From: Vicinamibacterales bacterium
GTDB lineage: Bacteria; Acidobacteriota; Vicinamibacteria; Vicinamibacterales; 2-12-FULL-66-21
Direction: 5' to 3'
Assembly: GCA_038320555.1 (NCBI GenBank)
Contig: JBBQEJ010000006.1
Span: forward strand, 223 to 64,222
DNA: 64,000 bases
The translations under genes and the position numbers were made by a program. Every line of letters begins with the position of its first letter. Positions within the stretch are counted from its first letter, which is position 1. Below the pieces are notes generated by a model. That model did not search any database. It saw nothing but the letters and a program-made list of their open reading frames with translations, and was not told the DNA's origin. Below, piece by piece: positions 23,319-32,498 of this stretch.

Positions 23319-24223
23319 AGCCGTTCCGCTCGTCGATGGCGACGGCGCTCGTTGCGCTGAGGGCCGGGATCCCGGCGTACAGCGCGACGCAGACGGCCTG
23401 GCCGCAATGGGGTGGACCCGATCGCAACTTCGTCGTGCCCGGCGGCGACTTCGCGCTTGCCTGGCCTGCGAAGGGACCGCCACGCCTCTGGGAGCGTCCG
23501 CCCGGCGACGGCTTTTCATCGGTCGTCACCGATGGCACTTTCCTCTACACACTCTATCGGGACGGTGCCGACGATGTGGTGGTGTCGCTCGACGCCGCAA
23601 CGGGCCGCACGCGGTGGGATGCGCACTACGGCGCGCCGTTCCATGAGTTGTGCACCGAGCAGTTGGGGCCCGCGCCACGTGCGGCTCCGCTCATCGCGGG
23701 AAATCGGCTCATCACCGTGAGCGCGGGCGGGTTGATGAACAGCTTCGACCGACACACGGGCGCGCGTCAGTGGACACGCGACATCCTGCAGGGATCATCC
23801 GATGCGCTCCGCGCGTGCGGCTATGCGAGCAGCCCCCTGGCCGCGTGTCAGCCGACGAAATCTGGGCGAACAAACGCGTTCGCATTCATTTCGGCAATGC
23901 CGTGAGGTTTGGCGATCGTATCTACGCCTCCAGTGGCGACTTCGGCTCCGCGCCGTTCGCCTCCATTGACATTCACACCGGAGAGATGACCTGGCGGGAT
24001 CGCAGCGTGACGCGTTCCACGCTTGTCGACGCGGGCAACCGGTTGATCATCCTCGACGAAGACGGCAACCTGGCGCTGGCCACCAGGCGAGACCGGTCTG
24101 ACCGTGCACACGAAAGCGCAGATTCTGCACGAGCGTGCGTGGACGGTCCCCACGCTGATCGGCACGACGCTGTACGTTCGCGATCGACACCAAATCATGG
24201 CGCTCAACCTGGGGAAACCATGA
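23315..24223 (+). pseudogene. PQQ-like beta-propeller (BamB-like) gene remnant with frame changes
   Basis: Frame 2 (MKPF...WPQWGGPDRNF...ATGRTRW...) runs to about 23850. Frame 1 (EIWANKRVRIHFGNAVRFGDRIYASSG...ILDEDGNLALAT) runs to about 24083. Frame 2 resumes (PGETGLTVHTKAQILHERAWTVPTLIGTTLYVRDRHQIMALNLGKP*) and ends at 24223. Confidence 0.65.
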
Positions 24224-24252
24224 CGGCATAGTTACTGCACAGTCGCAGCAGG

Positions 24253-24741
24253 ATGGTGCGTATTGCAGGGCTGGTGGTATCGCTCGCCTACGCGGCGTTC
24301 ATCATCTGGCTGTACGCAGCTCAGCCGCAAACCGTCGCGCAAGTCACCGGCAGCATGGCATCCGGAATTGGTGCCTATCGCGTCGATACGCAGGCAACAT
24401 CCGACGCGATGGGATTCTTCTATCGCGATCGGTTTCCCGAGGCACGAGTGGCATTCGAGCGTGCCGATCCCGCACACCGCGATGCCCGCACTCAGTTTTA
24501 CATTGCCTACAGCTACTACAGGCAGGGCTGGGGGCGCGTCTACAACGACGACACGCTGTTCCGCAAAGGCATCGAGGCTGTCGATAGGGCCATCGCAGCG
24601 GCGCCAGACCATCGGCTGGTCGTCGACGATCCCGATCTCGGAGTGAAGACCGGAGACGAACTGAAGGCCGAGCTCGAGCGCGGCGTAACTCGGGAGGCCG
24701 CGGACTTCAACCCACTCAAAATCTTCAGGTCCAGGAAATGA
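24253..24741 (+). CDS. Membrane-anchored hypothetical protein (TPR-like helical)
   Basis: 162 aa with an N-terminal TM segment (IAGLVVSLAYAAFIIWLYAA). Its stop forms an ATGA overlap with the next gene. Confidence 0.55.
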   Translation: MVRIAGLVVSLAYAAFIIWLYAAQPQTVAQVTGSMASGIGAYRVDTQATSDAMGFFYRDRFPEARVAFERADPAHRDARTQFYIAYSYYRQGWGRVYNDDTLFRKGIEAVDRAIAAAPDHRLVVDDPDLGVKTGDELKAELERGVTREAADFNPLKIFRSRK

Positions 24742-26507
24742 CGGCACGACGTGAAGCGCTCATGCTGCCGCTGATCTTTCTGACGGTGGCCTGGCTTGGT
24801 GGCCTTCACGTCGGGGCCACGATCCAACTGGTCCCCCCACCGCTGATTTCTCTCGTGCTCGGGGTCATGCTCGTGGGCGCGCTGGTGAATGCCGGCGTCT
24901 TTTCGTCTCACAGTGTGATGGGCGCTCATCGCACGGGGCTGGAGAACGTCTCGGGGCTTGTCGTGCTCGTGACACTCCTGGCAGCCTCGGCGCAGATCTT
25001 CAATCTGCTCTCCCCCGAGCGAGGGATCTTCCACGTCGCCTTCAACTTGTGCTTCTTCATCCAGCTGGCGACGACGCTCGCCGGGGTGAAGGGCCGGCGG
25101 AATCTGCTCCGGAGCCTGGCCGTGCTGCTCGGTTCCGCGCTTGTCGTGCGCTTCGTTGTCCTCGAAGGTCTGTACGCGCCGGATGGCGGCATTGCGAAAC
25201 GCCTGCTCACCACGATCGTCGAGGGCGCAAGCCTGGGCACGATTCAATACGAGCCCGTGGGTGCCGTGACGGGATACGTCGCGTTCCTGACGTTGTTGCT
25301 CTACATCGTTGGAATCGTCCTGCTGCCGCCGGCGCCGCCGCGGGGACGTCTGACGGTCCGAGCGCTGCATGCCCCATCCTCAGCGCTGTCGATTGCGTTG
25401 ATTGCTGTGGCGGTGGCGTACTCGGGCTGTGGCCGTTCGAAGGATGCGCCGTCCCAGCCCATGGACGAGTCGCAGAGGATTCAGACAACCCGCGAGCGTT
25501 TGCGCGACGACGCGCTTCGCGCCGCGCACGTCTGGCACGAGCCGGCGATTCCAATCTCGCAGTTCGATCTTTCCGCAAACCCGCCTGGAGGATTCGAGCC
25601 GTCCGACGAGGTGTCATGCCGGTTCACGGTTCAGAAGATCAGCGGACTGACGCCGAAGTTTCACTGTCAGCTTCCGGACGGACGCATCGTCAAGGTCAAG
25701 TACGGGAAGCAAAACGCCGAGGTGGAGGCCGAGACGGCCGGAACGCGTTTGATGCGTGCGCTGGGCTTCGCCGCCGACGACACGTTCGTCGTACGGGCCG
25801 TTCATTGCGCCGGTTGCCCGCTCTTCCCGTTTCCGTCGCTGCGATGCCACGATCGCTTCGGGGTCGCACTGTTGTGCTTTGGCGGGCCGACCGACTACGA
25901 CCAGGTCCGCACTTTCACGACGGCGGTGATCGAACGGCGGATGGAAGGGACCGTGATCGAGGCCGTCGACGACCAGGGTTGGAGTTGGTATGAGCTCGAC
26001 ACGATCGATCCGGCGCGCGGTGGAGCGAGCCGCGCCGAAGTGGACGCCTTCCGGCTGATCGCGGTTGTTCTGGCGCATTGGGACAACAAAGGACCCAACC
26101 AGCGCCTCCTCTGCCCGCCGGGGAGAGAGGGGCCCGACGGCCGGTGCGCGGAGCCCATCGCGATGATCCAGGACCTCGGCGCCACGTTCGGCCCTGGGAG
26201 GGTGGACCTCGTCAGCTGGCGCAAGACGCCTGTGTGGCGCGATCGCGCGACGTGTACGATCAGTATGAGTACGCTGCCTTACAAAGGCGCCACGTTTCCG
26301 GAGCGACGAGTTTCAGAGGCAGGGCGGCTGCTGCTCGCGAGCCTTCTGGAGCAGCTATCCGTCCGGCAGCTCGAGGATCTGTTCACCGCATCGCGAATCA
26401 CTCTCTACGACGCGATCGATGCCGAGGCGCGCTCCGCCGGCGCGTGGGTCGAGGTATTCCTCGACAAGGTCAAACAGATACGACAAGGGGCCCCGTGTCC
26501 GCAGTAG
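24738..26507 (+). CDS. Polytopic membrane protein with an extracytoplasmic protein-kinase-like domain
   Basis: 589 aa with about 6 TM segments. Then come IVKVKYG, EVEAETAGTRLMRALGF, HWDNKGPN (HxDxKxxN) and IQDLGATFG, in the same motif order as 14693..16474. Confidence 0.6.
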   Translation: MTARREALMLPLIFLTVAWLGGLHVGATIQLVPPPLISLVLGVMLVGALVNAGVFSSHSVMGAHRTGLENVSGLVVLVTLLAASAQIFNLLSPERGIFHVAFNLCFFIQLATTLAGVKGRRNLLRSLAVLLGSALVVRFVVLEGLYAPDGGIAKRLLTTIVEGASLGTIQYEPVGAVTGYVAFLTLLLYIVGIVLLPPAPPRGRLTVRALHAPSSALSIALIAVAVAYSGCGRSKDAPSQPMDESQRIQTTRERLRDDALRAAHVWHEPAIPISQFDLSANPPGGFEPSDEVSCRFTVQKISGLTPKFHCQLPDGRIVKVKYGKQNAEVEAETAGTRLMRALGFAADDTFVVRAVHCAGCPLFPFPSLRCHDRFGVALLCFGGPTDYDQVRTFTTAVIERRMEGTVIEAVDDQGWSWYELDTIDPARGGASRAEVDAFRLIAVVLAHWDNKGPNQRLLCPPGREGPDGRCAEPIAMIQDLGATFGPGRVDLVSWRKTPVWRDRATCTISMSTLPYKGATFPERRVSEAGRLLLASLLEQLSVRQLEDLFTASRITLYDAIDAEARSAGAWVEVFLDKVKQIRQGAPCPQ

Positions 26508-26528
26508 GGCTCAGTACAGGGTTCACGC

Positions 26529-27509
26529 TCAGTGCACTGATGCACCCCGAGGGGCGGGCGTTCTGGTAATCGAGCCGGCATCGATCGTCTCGCCGGTACG
26601 GCTGATTGCCTGGAAGTAGAGCGTGTCGCCCGACACTTCCATCATCATGAAATGAAAATCAGTGTCGAAACCACGCGCCATGAGGCCGGAGGGACGCCGG
26701 ATGTCCGCCTTCCGAAGCGATCCAGCGCCGCCCGAAATGAAATACGAAATGCCGTGCTGTGGAAGCAGGCGCTCGTAAAAATGCTCGTGGCCGGAGAGAA
26801 CCACGTCGACGTCGCCCTCGATCAGTATGGGTTCGAGCGCCATCCTCAGCACGCGCGCCGAATTGGTGTAACGCCCGGATGTGTAGAGCGGATGGTGGAA
26901 ATAGCAGATCTTCCAGTCCGTTTGTGACTTGCGAAACTCGTCGCGCAGCCACGTGAGCTGATCTGGATCCAGGGCCCGGCTGTCGAGGACGAAGAACCGG
27001 ACGCCCGCGCCGGCGAGGCCGGCGAGCCGCCGCTCGTTTCGCCGGAAGGTGTAGTAGCGGTGTCCGTCCATGTTGAATTTTCCGTAGGCCAGCTCGGCGT
27101 CCGGATCGTGATTGCCGATGGCGGCGTAGAAGGTCACACCGGCGTCGAGCAGCGCGCGATAGGGCTCTTCGAATTTCGTGACGTAATCGTCCGCACCGTG
27201 CGGCGGGTAGATGTTGTCGCCGAGCATGACCACGAAGTCGAATGGGAACTTCTCGCGCCACGCGATCATCTGACGCGCGATCTCGTGTTGGGCCTGGTCA
27301 CCGCGCCCCGAATCCCCGATGACGGCAAACCGCACGGAACCATCCTTGCGGGGCAGCGCGAGCTCACCGGGCGACGGCGACAACTCGTGCACGTCGGTCC
27401 GCGTGGCCCGCTGCGCATCCGAGGAGACCGCGCTCTGCCGGCAGGCACCGGCCGCGACCACCAGCGAGAGCGCCACCAGTGCTGCCGGTGGACCCAGGGA
27501 CCGTCTCAT
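26529..27509 (-). CDS. Exported calcineurin-like metallophosphoesterase (purple-acid-phosphatase-like)
   Basis: It has a signal/lipobox-like sequence (LVVAAGAC) and the motifs GDSGRG, GDNIY, GNHD and GHEHFYER. Confidence 0.85.
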   Translation of the reverse strand: MRRSLGPPAALVALSLVVAAGACRQSAVSSDAQRATRTDVHELSPSPGELALPRKDGSVRFAVIGDSGRGDQAQHEIARQMIAWREKFPFDFVVMLGDNIYPPHGADDYVTKFEEPYRALLDAGVTFYAAIGNHDPDAELAYGKFNMDGHRYYTFRRNERRLAGLAGAGVRFFVLDSRALDPDQLTWLRDEFRKSQTDWKICYFHHPLYTSGRYTNSARVLRMALEPILIEGDVDVVLSGHEHFYERLLPQHGISYFISGGAGSLRKADIRRPSGLMARGFDTDFHFMMMEVSGDTLYFQAISRTGETIDAGSITRTPAPRGASVH

Positions 27510-29900
27510 CTAATCGGGATCCCATCCGAGCGCGACGAGTTGGACGCTGACCTGACTCCGCCCGGGCAGCAGCGTGACGCGTTCCAGGACGGGTGGGCGG
27601 TCGAACGCGGCCGCGATCGTCTGCGTTTCCTCTCGAACCTGGTCGTCGAGCTCCTTCGCCTGCGCCCGCACGGCGTCGGCCGTTTCCGAGGCGCGCTGCA
27701 CGTCCCCGGCCTCTTTCATGGTGCGGCTCACCCCGCGTGCGGCAGTCGTCGCGCGGCCCAGTGTGCCGACGCTGATAGCCCTTCGTCCGAACAGTGCGCC
27801 CATCACGGTCGCCCCAATCGACACCGCGGTCTGGATTTTCTGCTGCGACGACTGCTCGGTCTCGCGCGCCATCGCCGACTCCGCCCGACGCAGCCGCTCC
27901 GTCAGCGCGGCCTGCTTCGCGGCATACTTCTGGCGAACCTCTTCAACCGCCTGATCACGAGAGACCCGGGACGCATCGTGCACGCGCACTTTGAAGTCTC
28001 CTTCGGCTTCGTCGGTCCGGGAAGTGAGGCCGGTCTCACGATGTCTGAACAGCTCGACACGCTCATTTTGCGTGAGCCACTGCTTCAAGGCCTTCTCCCA
28101 GGCCGGATAGCTCTTCGGCTGAGACGCGGGGGACGGTACTGCCTGGAAGGAGGCGCCGCTTTCAGGCTGCCGCTCGAGGTTCGCAAGAGCGACATCCAGA
28201 CGGCGTGCGGCCGCCCAATCAACGGCAACCGGTCCACTCCCGACGGGCGCGGCGAACATGACATCCCGCGTCGCGTCGACCCCGAGTTTGGCGTCGGAGA
28301 ACCCGAGGCGAGCCGCACCGAGCACGACCGGGGAATACACCGCCGGCTTCGACGATCCAGAAGCGGCCGGAATGAAGAACTGCTGAATTCCCGGCGGAAG
28401 AACCGGCGGCTGATCCGACGCGGCTCCCGCCGCAGACGGACGCTTCGGAGCAGGCGCGGCGCCGGGGTCGGGCGCGTGAGGAGCCGCGGGCTCTGGCCTG
28501 GTGCGGCTGCCCATCAGCACTCGAATCTGATCCCGGGACAGCGGTCCGCGCAGGTACGACATCGTCCAACGCGTCTGGAACGTTACGAGCCCGTCGTCGT
28601 GCACGTTGTGCAGGAGGAACACGCGCTTGCCGAGCGCCGAGAGGATGCGATCGATCTTGTCGCGATCCATCGATCCGGCCGTCGAGCCTTCGAGCCCGTC
28701 GAGCATTCTCGATTTATCTCGTTCCGTCTGCAGCCGGCCCAGGAACCATGTCCCGATATTTGAGAGCCCCTTGTAGTCAAGATCGACGGGGTTCTGTGTG
28801 GTGAGGACGACCCCCAGGCCAAAGGCGCGCCCCTGCTTCAACAACGTGAGAAGCGGCGGCTTGGAGGGAGGATTCGCGACCGGCGGAAAGTAGCCGGCAA
28901 TTTCGTCCATGTATACGATGGCCCGAAGGCTGGACGTGCCGGTGAGCCCGCGCATCCACCCGACCACCTGGTTGAGAAGGAGCGACACAAAGAACATTCG
29001 TTCCGCGTCACCCAGGTGCGCGATGGAGAACACGGCTACCCGGGGACGACCGTCCGCGGTGTAAAGCAATCGCGCCGGATCGAGCGGCTCTCCCTCGAAC
29101 CATTGTTCGAAACCGGGCGCCGCCAGCACGGCGTTGAACCGCAGCGCCAAATCGAACCGGTCGCGCTGCGGGAAGAAAGAATCCAGATCGACGACCCCGA
29201 CTTTTTGAAACGGCGGCGTCTGGATCTGCTGGATGAGGGCTGCCAGATCGAGATCACGTCCGTCTTTCCAGGCGGTCGTGAAGATGTTGGTCACGAGGGT
29301 GTGTTCACGGCTGCGGGGCGGGCCGTCCACGCCGGCGAGCGACAGGAGGCTGGTTGCCGTGCTCCCCGCTCGCTCACCGAGCAGCTCGGCGTCGTCCCTG
29401 AGGGCGGCGGGCGGCGCGGCGAAAGACTGCCCCAACGACACCGGCAATCCGGCGCGGCTGCCAGGCGTATAGATCGCAAAGTCGGCGGACTTGCGGAGAC
29501 GCTCGATGCGCGCGCCGTCCTGGCCCCACTCGGCGAGCCCTTTCCGCCATGTCTCGGCCTGCTGCGCCGCAAAGGCATCAGCTGACAGCCCTGCGCGCCG
29601 TGCCTCGTCCTCATCGATCCATGGGCGGAAATCGGCCGCCGCCAGCGACGGGAATGTCAATAACAGATTGCCGAGATCGCCTTTAGGGTCGATCGCGATG
29701 ACGGGTACCCCGTCGATGGCTGCCTCTTCAATCAGCGACAGGCACAAGCCGGTCTTGCCGCTGCCCGTCATCCCGACGCAGACCGCATGCGTCACGAGGT
29801 CCCGGGAGTCGTACAGGATGGGGGTATTCAGAACCTTCCCACTGGCCACGTCGTATTCACGACCCAGGTAAAAGACGCCGAGTTTTTCGAAATCCTTCAT
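27510..29900 (-). CDS. HerA/FtsK-like P-loop ATPase (DUF87/DUF853-type) with a long C-terminal extension
   Basis: ORF 27510..29930. I prefer ATG 29900 (MKDFEKLGVFYLG). It has Walker A GMTGSGKTG, Walker B IVYMDEIAGY and TTQNPVDLDYKGLSN. Its stop codon directly abuts the start of the next gene. Confidence 0.8.
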   Translation of the reverse strand: MKDFEKLGVFYLGREYDVASGKVLNTPILYDSRDLVTHAVCVGMTGSGKTGLCLSLIEEAAIDGVPVIAIDPKGDLGNLLLTFPSLAAADFRPWIDEDEARRAGLSADAFAAQQAETWRKGLAEWGQDGARIERLRKSADFAIYTPGSRAGLPVSLGQSFAAPPAALRDDAELLGERAGSTATSLLSLAGVDGPPRSREHTLVTNIFTTAWKDGRDLDLAALIQQIQTPPFQKVGVVDLDSFFPQRDRFDLALRFNAVLAAPGFEQWFEGEPLDPARLLYTADGRPRVAVFSIAHLGDAERMFFVSLLLNQVVGWMRGLTGTSSLRAIVYMDEIAGYFPPVANPPSKPPLLTLLKQGRAFGLGVVLTTQNPVDLDYKGLSNIGTWFLGRLQTERDKSRMLDGLEGSTAGSMDRDKIDRILSALGKRVFLLHNVHDDGLVTFQTRWTMSYLRGPLSRDQIRVLMGSRTRPEPAAPHAPDPGAAPAPKRPSAAGAASDQPPVLPPGIQQFFIPAASGSSKPAVYSPVVLGAARLGFSDAKLGVDATRDVMFAAPVGSGPVAVDWAAARRLDVALANLERQPESGASFQAVPSPASQPKSYPAWEKALKQWLTQNERVELFRHRETGLTSRTDEAEGDFKVRVHDASRVSRDQAVEEVRQKYAAKQAALTERLRRAESAMARETEQSSQQKIQTAVSIGATVMGALFGRRAISVGTLGRATTAARGVSRTMKEAGDVQRASETADAVRAQAKELDDQVREETQTIAAAFDRPPVLERVTLLPGRSQVSVQLVALGWDPD

Positions 29901-29926
29901 GGTTGAATCGTAAATCAGTTCCGTAA

Positions 29927-30181
29927 TCAACGACTATCTATCCACAGCGCCGTCGGGACGGACAGGACCCGGTAACGCTTTCGCAGGGCAACCACGTGGC
30001 CGGCATAGTCTCGTTTCTGAATCTCCCGGGCAACCAATCGGTCCCGGAGACGCCGGATTTCGTACTTATATAGGTCCCGGACGGCGTCGCGCAGCAACTG
30101 CGGAGGAGTATCGGGGCGGGGGATCAGGCCGTGGCCCGCAAGCTCATTGAGGATCTGCTGGTGGTACACCCAATCCCTCAT
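29927..30181 (-). CDS. Small conserved-looking hypothetical protein (about 84 aa, basic, helical)
   Basis: ORF 29927..30202, with ATG 30181 (MRDWVYHQQILNELAGHGLIP...). It is the first gene of the ATPase operon. I recognise no family. Confidence 0.45.
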   Translation of the reverse strand: MRDWVYHQQILNELAGHGLIPRPDTPPQLLRDAVRDLYKYEIRRLRDRLVAREIQKRDYAGHVVALRKRYRVLSVPTALWIDSR

Positions 30182-30348
30182 CTCTGATCCCGGTTCCCGC
30201 ATCCCGGAGGCCGCAGGCCGCTTCCCGGATCCCGGATTCCATATCCCCGCCCCTTCACTCTATATTGACTGCACCGATTGCGCGGGGCTCTGCTAACATG
30301 CGCTGCACTCCCCAGGACATCGCACTCATCACTCGATAAGGAGACGCT

Positions 30349-30807
30349 ATGGCTGATGATTCGTACCGGGACGACGACGACGACCTTCTTACGAGGGCGG
30401 CCGAGACGGTCGGCAGCACGCTCGGGAGCGCGACGCGCACGGTCGTCGACACCGCGCAAGCCGCGACCAGTGCCGCCAGCTCCGCTGCCTCGGCGGCCAC
30501 AGACGCCGCGACGTCAGCCGTCGAACAGACTGAAAAACCCCGACGCGCCGTGCGGCGCGCGGTCCGCCGCACAGTCACGGGCGTCAAGCGACAGGCGAAG
30601 GTCGCGACCCGGCTGGCGAAGAAGGCTGTGAGCGGCCGCGGCAAAGCGAAGAAAGCCGGCGGCACGAAAAAGAAGGCCGGCCGGAAGTCGGCATCCGCAG
30701 GCCGGTCGACGGCCAGGCGATCCACGGCCAAGGGGTCGTCGTCGGCCCGTAAGGGCGGCGGCAAGGCCAAGGGCGGAAAGAAGAAGAAGGCGGGACGCCG
30801 GCGGTAG
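30349..30807 (+). CDS. Histone H1-like / AlgP-like Lys-Ala-Gly-rich basic protein
   Basis: 152 aa, preceded by AAGGAGA. It has an acidic N-terminus (DDSYRDDDDD), an Ala/Ser/Thr helical region, and a KKAGGTKKKAGRK...GGKAKGGKKKKAGRRR tail. Confidence 0.6.
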   Translation: MADDSYRDDDDDLLTRAAETVGSTLGSATRTVVDTAQAATSAASSAASAATDAATSAVEQTEKPRRAVRRAVRRTVTGVKRQAKVATRLAKKAVSGRGKAKKAGGTKKKAGRKSASAGRSTARRSTAKGSSSARKGGGKAKGGKKKKAGRRR

Positions 30808-30863
30808 CTCACTCTCCTGAGGGGGCCGGCCAACGCGAGCCGGCCCTTTGCCTTTCCTGCTGA

Positions 30864-32270
30864 TTACTGTCGCGGCTCGGAATCCTCCAGCAGGTGATAT
30901 CGCTCGAGGCGGCGGTACAGCGTCCGCCGGCTCAGACCGAGCCGCTCCGCGGCCGCGCGCTTGTTGCCATGCGCTTCGGCAAGCATCCGCACGATGTGAT
31001 TCCGTTCGACGAGATGCAGATCCTGGGTCAGCGTGCGGTCCTCGCCTCCTGTATCCGAAGGCCAGCGCTGCGGGCGATGCACGCCCCCCTCCAGGGGCAG
31101 AGCGGCCTGGATGTCACGCTCGGTGAGCACGAGTCCTTCAGCCAGCATGCACGAACGCTCGAGCACATTCCGGAGCTCCCGGACGTTGCCGAGCCACGCG
31201 CGTGTCATAAGCGCCCGTTCCGCCTCGGGGCGGAGGCCCTCGATTGGCTTGCCGAACTTGGACGCGAATTCCCTGATGAACGCGGCGGTCAGATACGGGA
31301 TGTCTTCCGAACGCTCACGCAACGGCGGCAACCGCAACTCGATCACGTTCAGGCGGTAATACAGATCGCTTCGAAACCGGCCGGCGTCCGCTTCCGCGTA
31401 GAGATCGCGGTTGGTGGCGGCGATGATGCGGACGTCAACGGTTTTCGACTGCAGCGATCCGACACGCTGCACTTCACCGGTTTCGAGCACCCGGAGCAAC
31501 TTGGACTGGACAGCTGCGGGCAGCTCACCGACCTCGTCGAGAAACAGCGTGCCTCCGTCAGCGGCTTCGAAGAGGCCCGTTTTGTTGTCCGTCGCGCCGG
31601 TGAACGCGCCGCGCATGTGCCCGAACAGCTCGCTCTCGAACAGCGTTTCGACTATAGCGGAGCAATTGATCGTCAGGAAACGTCGGGATCGGCGCGGCCC
31701 GAGGTCGTGAATGGCCTTCGCGATCCCTTCTTTGCCGGTACCGGTCTCTCCCGTCACCAGGGCAGCGCGCGCATGCGGCGCGATGCGCCGCACAAGTCCG
31801 AAGAGTTCCTGCATGACGGGGCTGCGCCCGATCATCCCGCACAGCTCGAGGCGCCGCGCGGTTTCACCGTCGGCCGCCATCAACGCGGCGCGGCGATCGC
31901 CCTCCTCTCGCACGTCCGCAAGCAGCTGTCGGAGCCGCGCAAAATCGATGGGCTTGCTGAGATAATCGAGCGCCCCGAGTTTGACCGCTTCAATTGCGCT
32001 GTCGACCGACGCGTGTGCGGTCATGAGGATGACCTGGCATTGAGGCTGCGCTTCGCGAACCGCGCGTAGCACATCGAAACCGTCGATGTCCGGCATCCTC
32101 AGATCCACGAGCGCGACGTCGGCCGATATAACCGAAAGCCGCGACAACGCTTCCCCCGCGTTCTCATGGAGCTCCACGTCGTAGCCCGTCGGCTGCACCG
32201 CGCGTTCGATCAGTCCGAGCATCCCGGGCTCGTCGTCGACCACGATGAGCACAGGCTTCCGTTCGCTCAC
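30864..32270 (-). CDS. Sigma54-dependent response regulator (NtrC family)
   Basis: It has a REC domain (VDLRMPDIDG, SKP), an AAA+ domain with GETGTGKE and GAFTGA, and a C-terminal Fis-type HTH. The GTG start overlaps the upstream stop (GTGA). Confidence 0.92.
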   Translation of the reverse strand: MSERKPVLIVVDDEPGMLGLIERAVQPTGYDVELHENAGEALSRLSVISADVALVDLRMPDIDGFDVLRAVREAQPQCQVILMTAHASVDSAIEAVKLGALDYLSKPIDFARLRQLLADVREEGDRRAALMAADGETARRLELCGMIGRSPVMQELFGLVRRIAPHARAALVTGETGTGKEGIAKAIHDLGPRRSRRFLTINCSAIVETLFESELFGHMRGAFTGATDNKTGLFEAADGGTLFLDEVGELPAAVQSKLLRVLETGEVQRVGSLQSKTVDVRIIAATNRDLYAEADAGRFRSDLYYRLNVIELRLPPLRERSEDIPYLTAAFIREFASKFGKPIEGLRPEAERALMTRAWLGNVRELRNVLERSCMLAEGLVLTERDIQAALPLEGGVHRPQRWPSDTGGEDRTLTQDLHLVERNHIVRMLAEAHGNKRAAAERLGLSRRTLYRRLERYHLLEDSEPRQ

Positions 32271-32464
32271 GTCGTTGGGCCCCGATGATTGTTGAGGAGC
32301 GTGACCGCTGCCGAGGCGGCCTTGTGAATCTCGCTCAGATCCTCCATGCGTGGATCGTCGGCAGGCATCTCCTCGATCAGCAAATCGGCATAACCGAGGA
32401 TGATCGCAAGGAAATTCTTGAGCTCGTGCTCGAACTCGTTCTTGTCGCTCACAGGATCACCCAT
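32267..32464 (-). CDS. Stand-alone HisKA (DHp) domain protein, 65 aa, with no ATPase domain
   Basis: It has the H-box EFEHELKNFLAIILGYADLL followed by a second helix (EDLSEIHKAASAAVTLLNN). Codon usage looks coding, and it is translationally coupled to the NtrC-type gene. Confidence 0.6.
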   Translation of the reverse strand: MGDPVSDKNEFEHELKNFLAIILGYADLLIEEMPADDPRMEDLSEIHKAASAAVTLLNNHRGPTT

Positions 32465-32498
32465 CTAAGCCATCATCTTCGGTGCTGGTCTTCCGCTC

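Noticed and set aside
25356-26507. Internal lipoprotein start (ALSIALIAVAVAYSGC) splitting ORF 24738..26507 into a membrane protein and a separate kinase-like lipoprotein.
   Set aside because: No ATG/GTG/TTG codon is suitably placed upstream of the putative signal peptide (the codons there are CTG ACG GTC CGA). The single fused ORF is retained.
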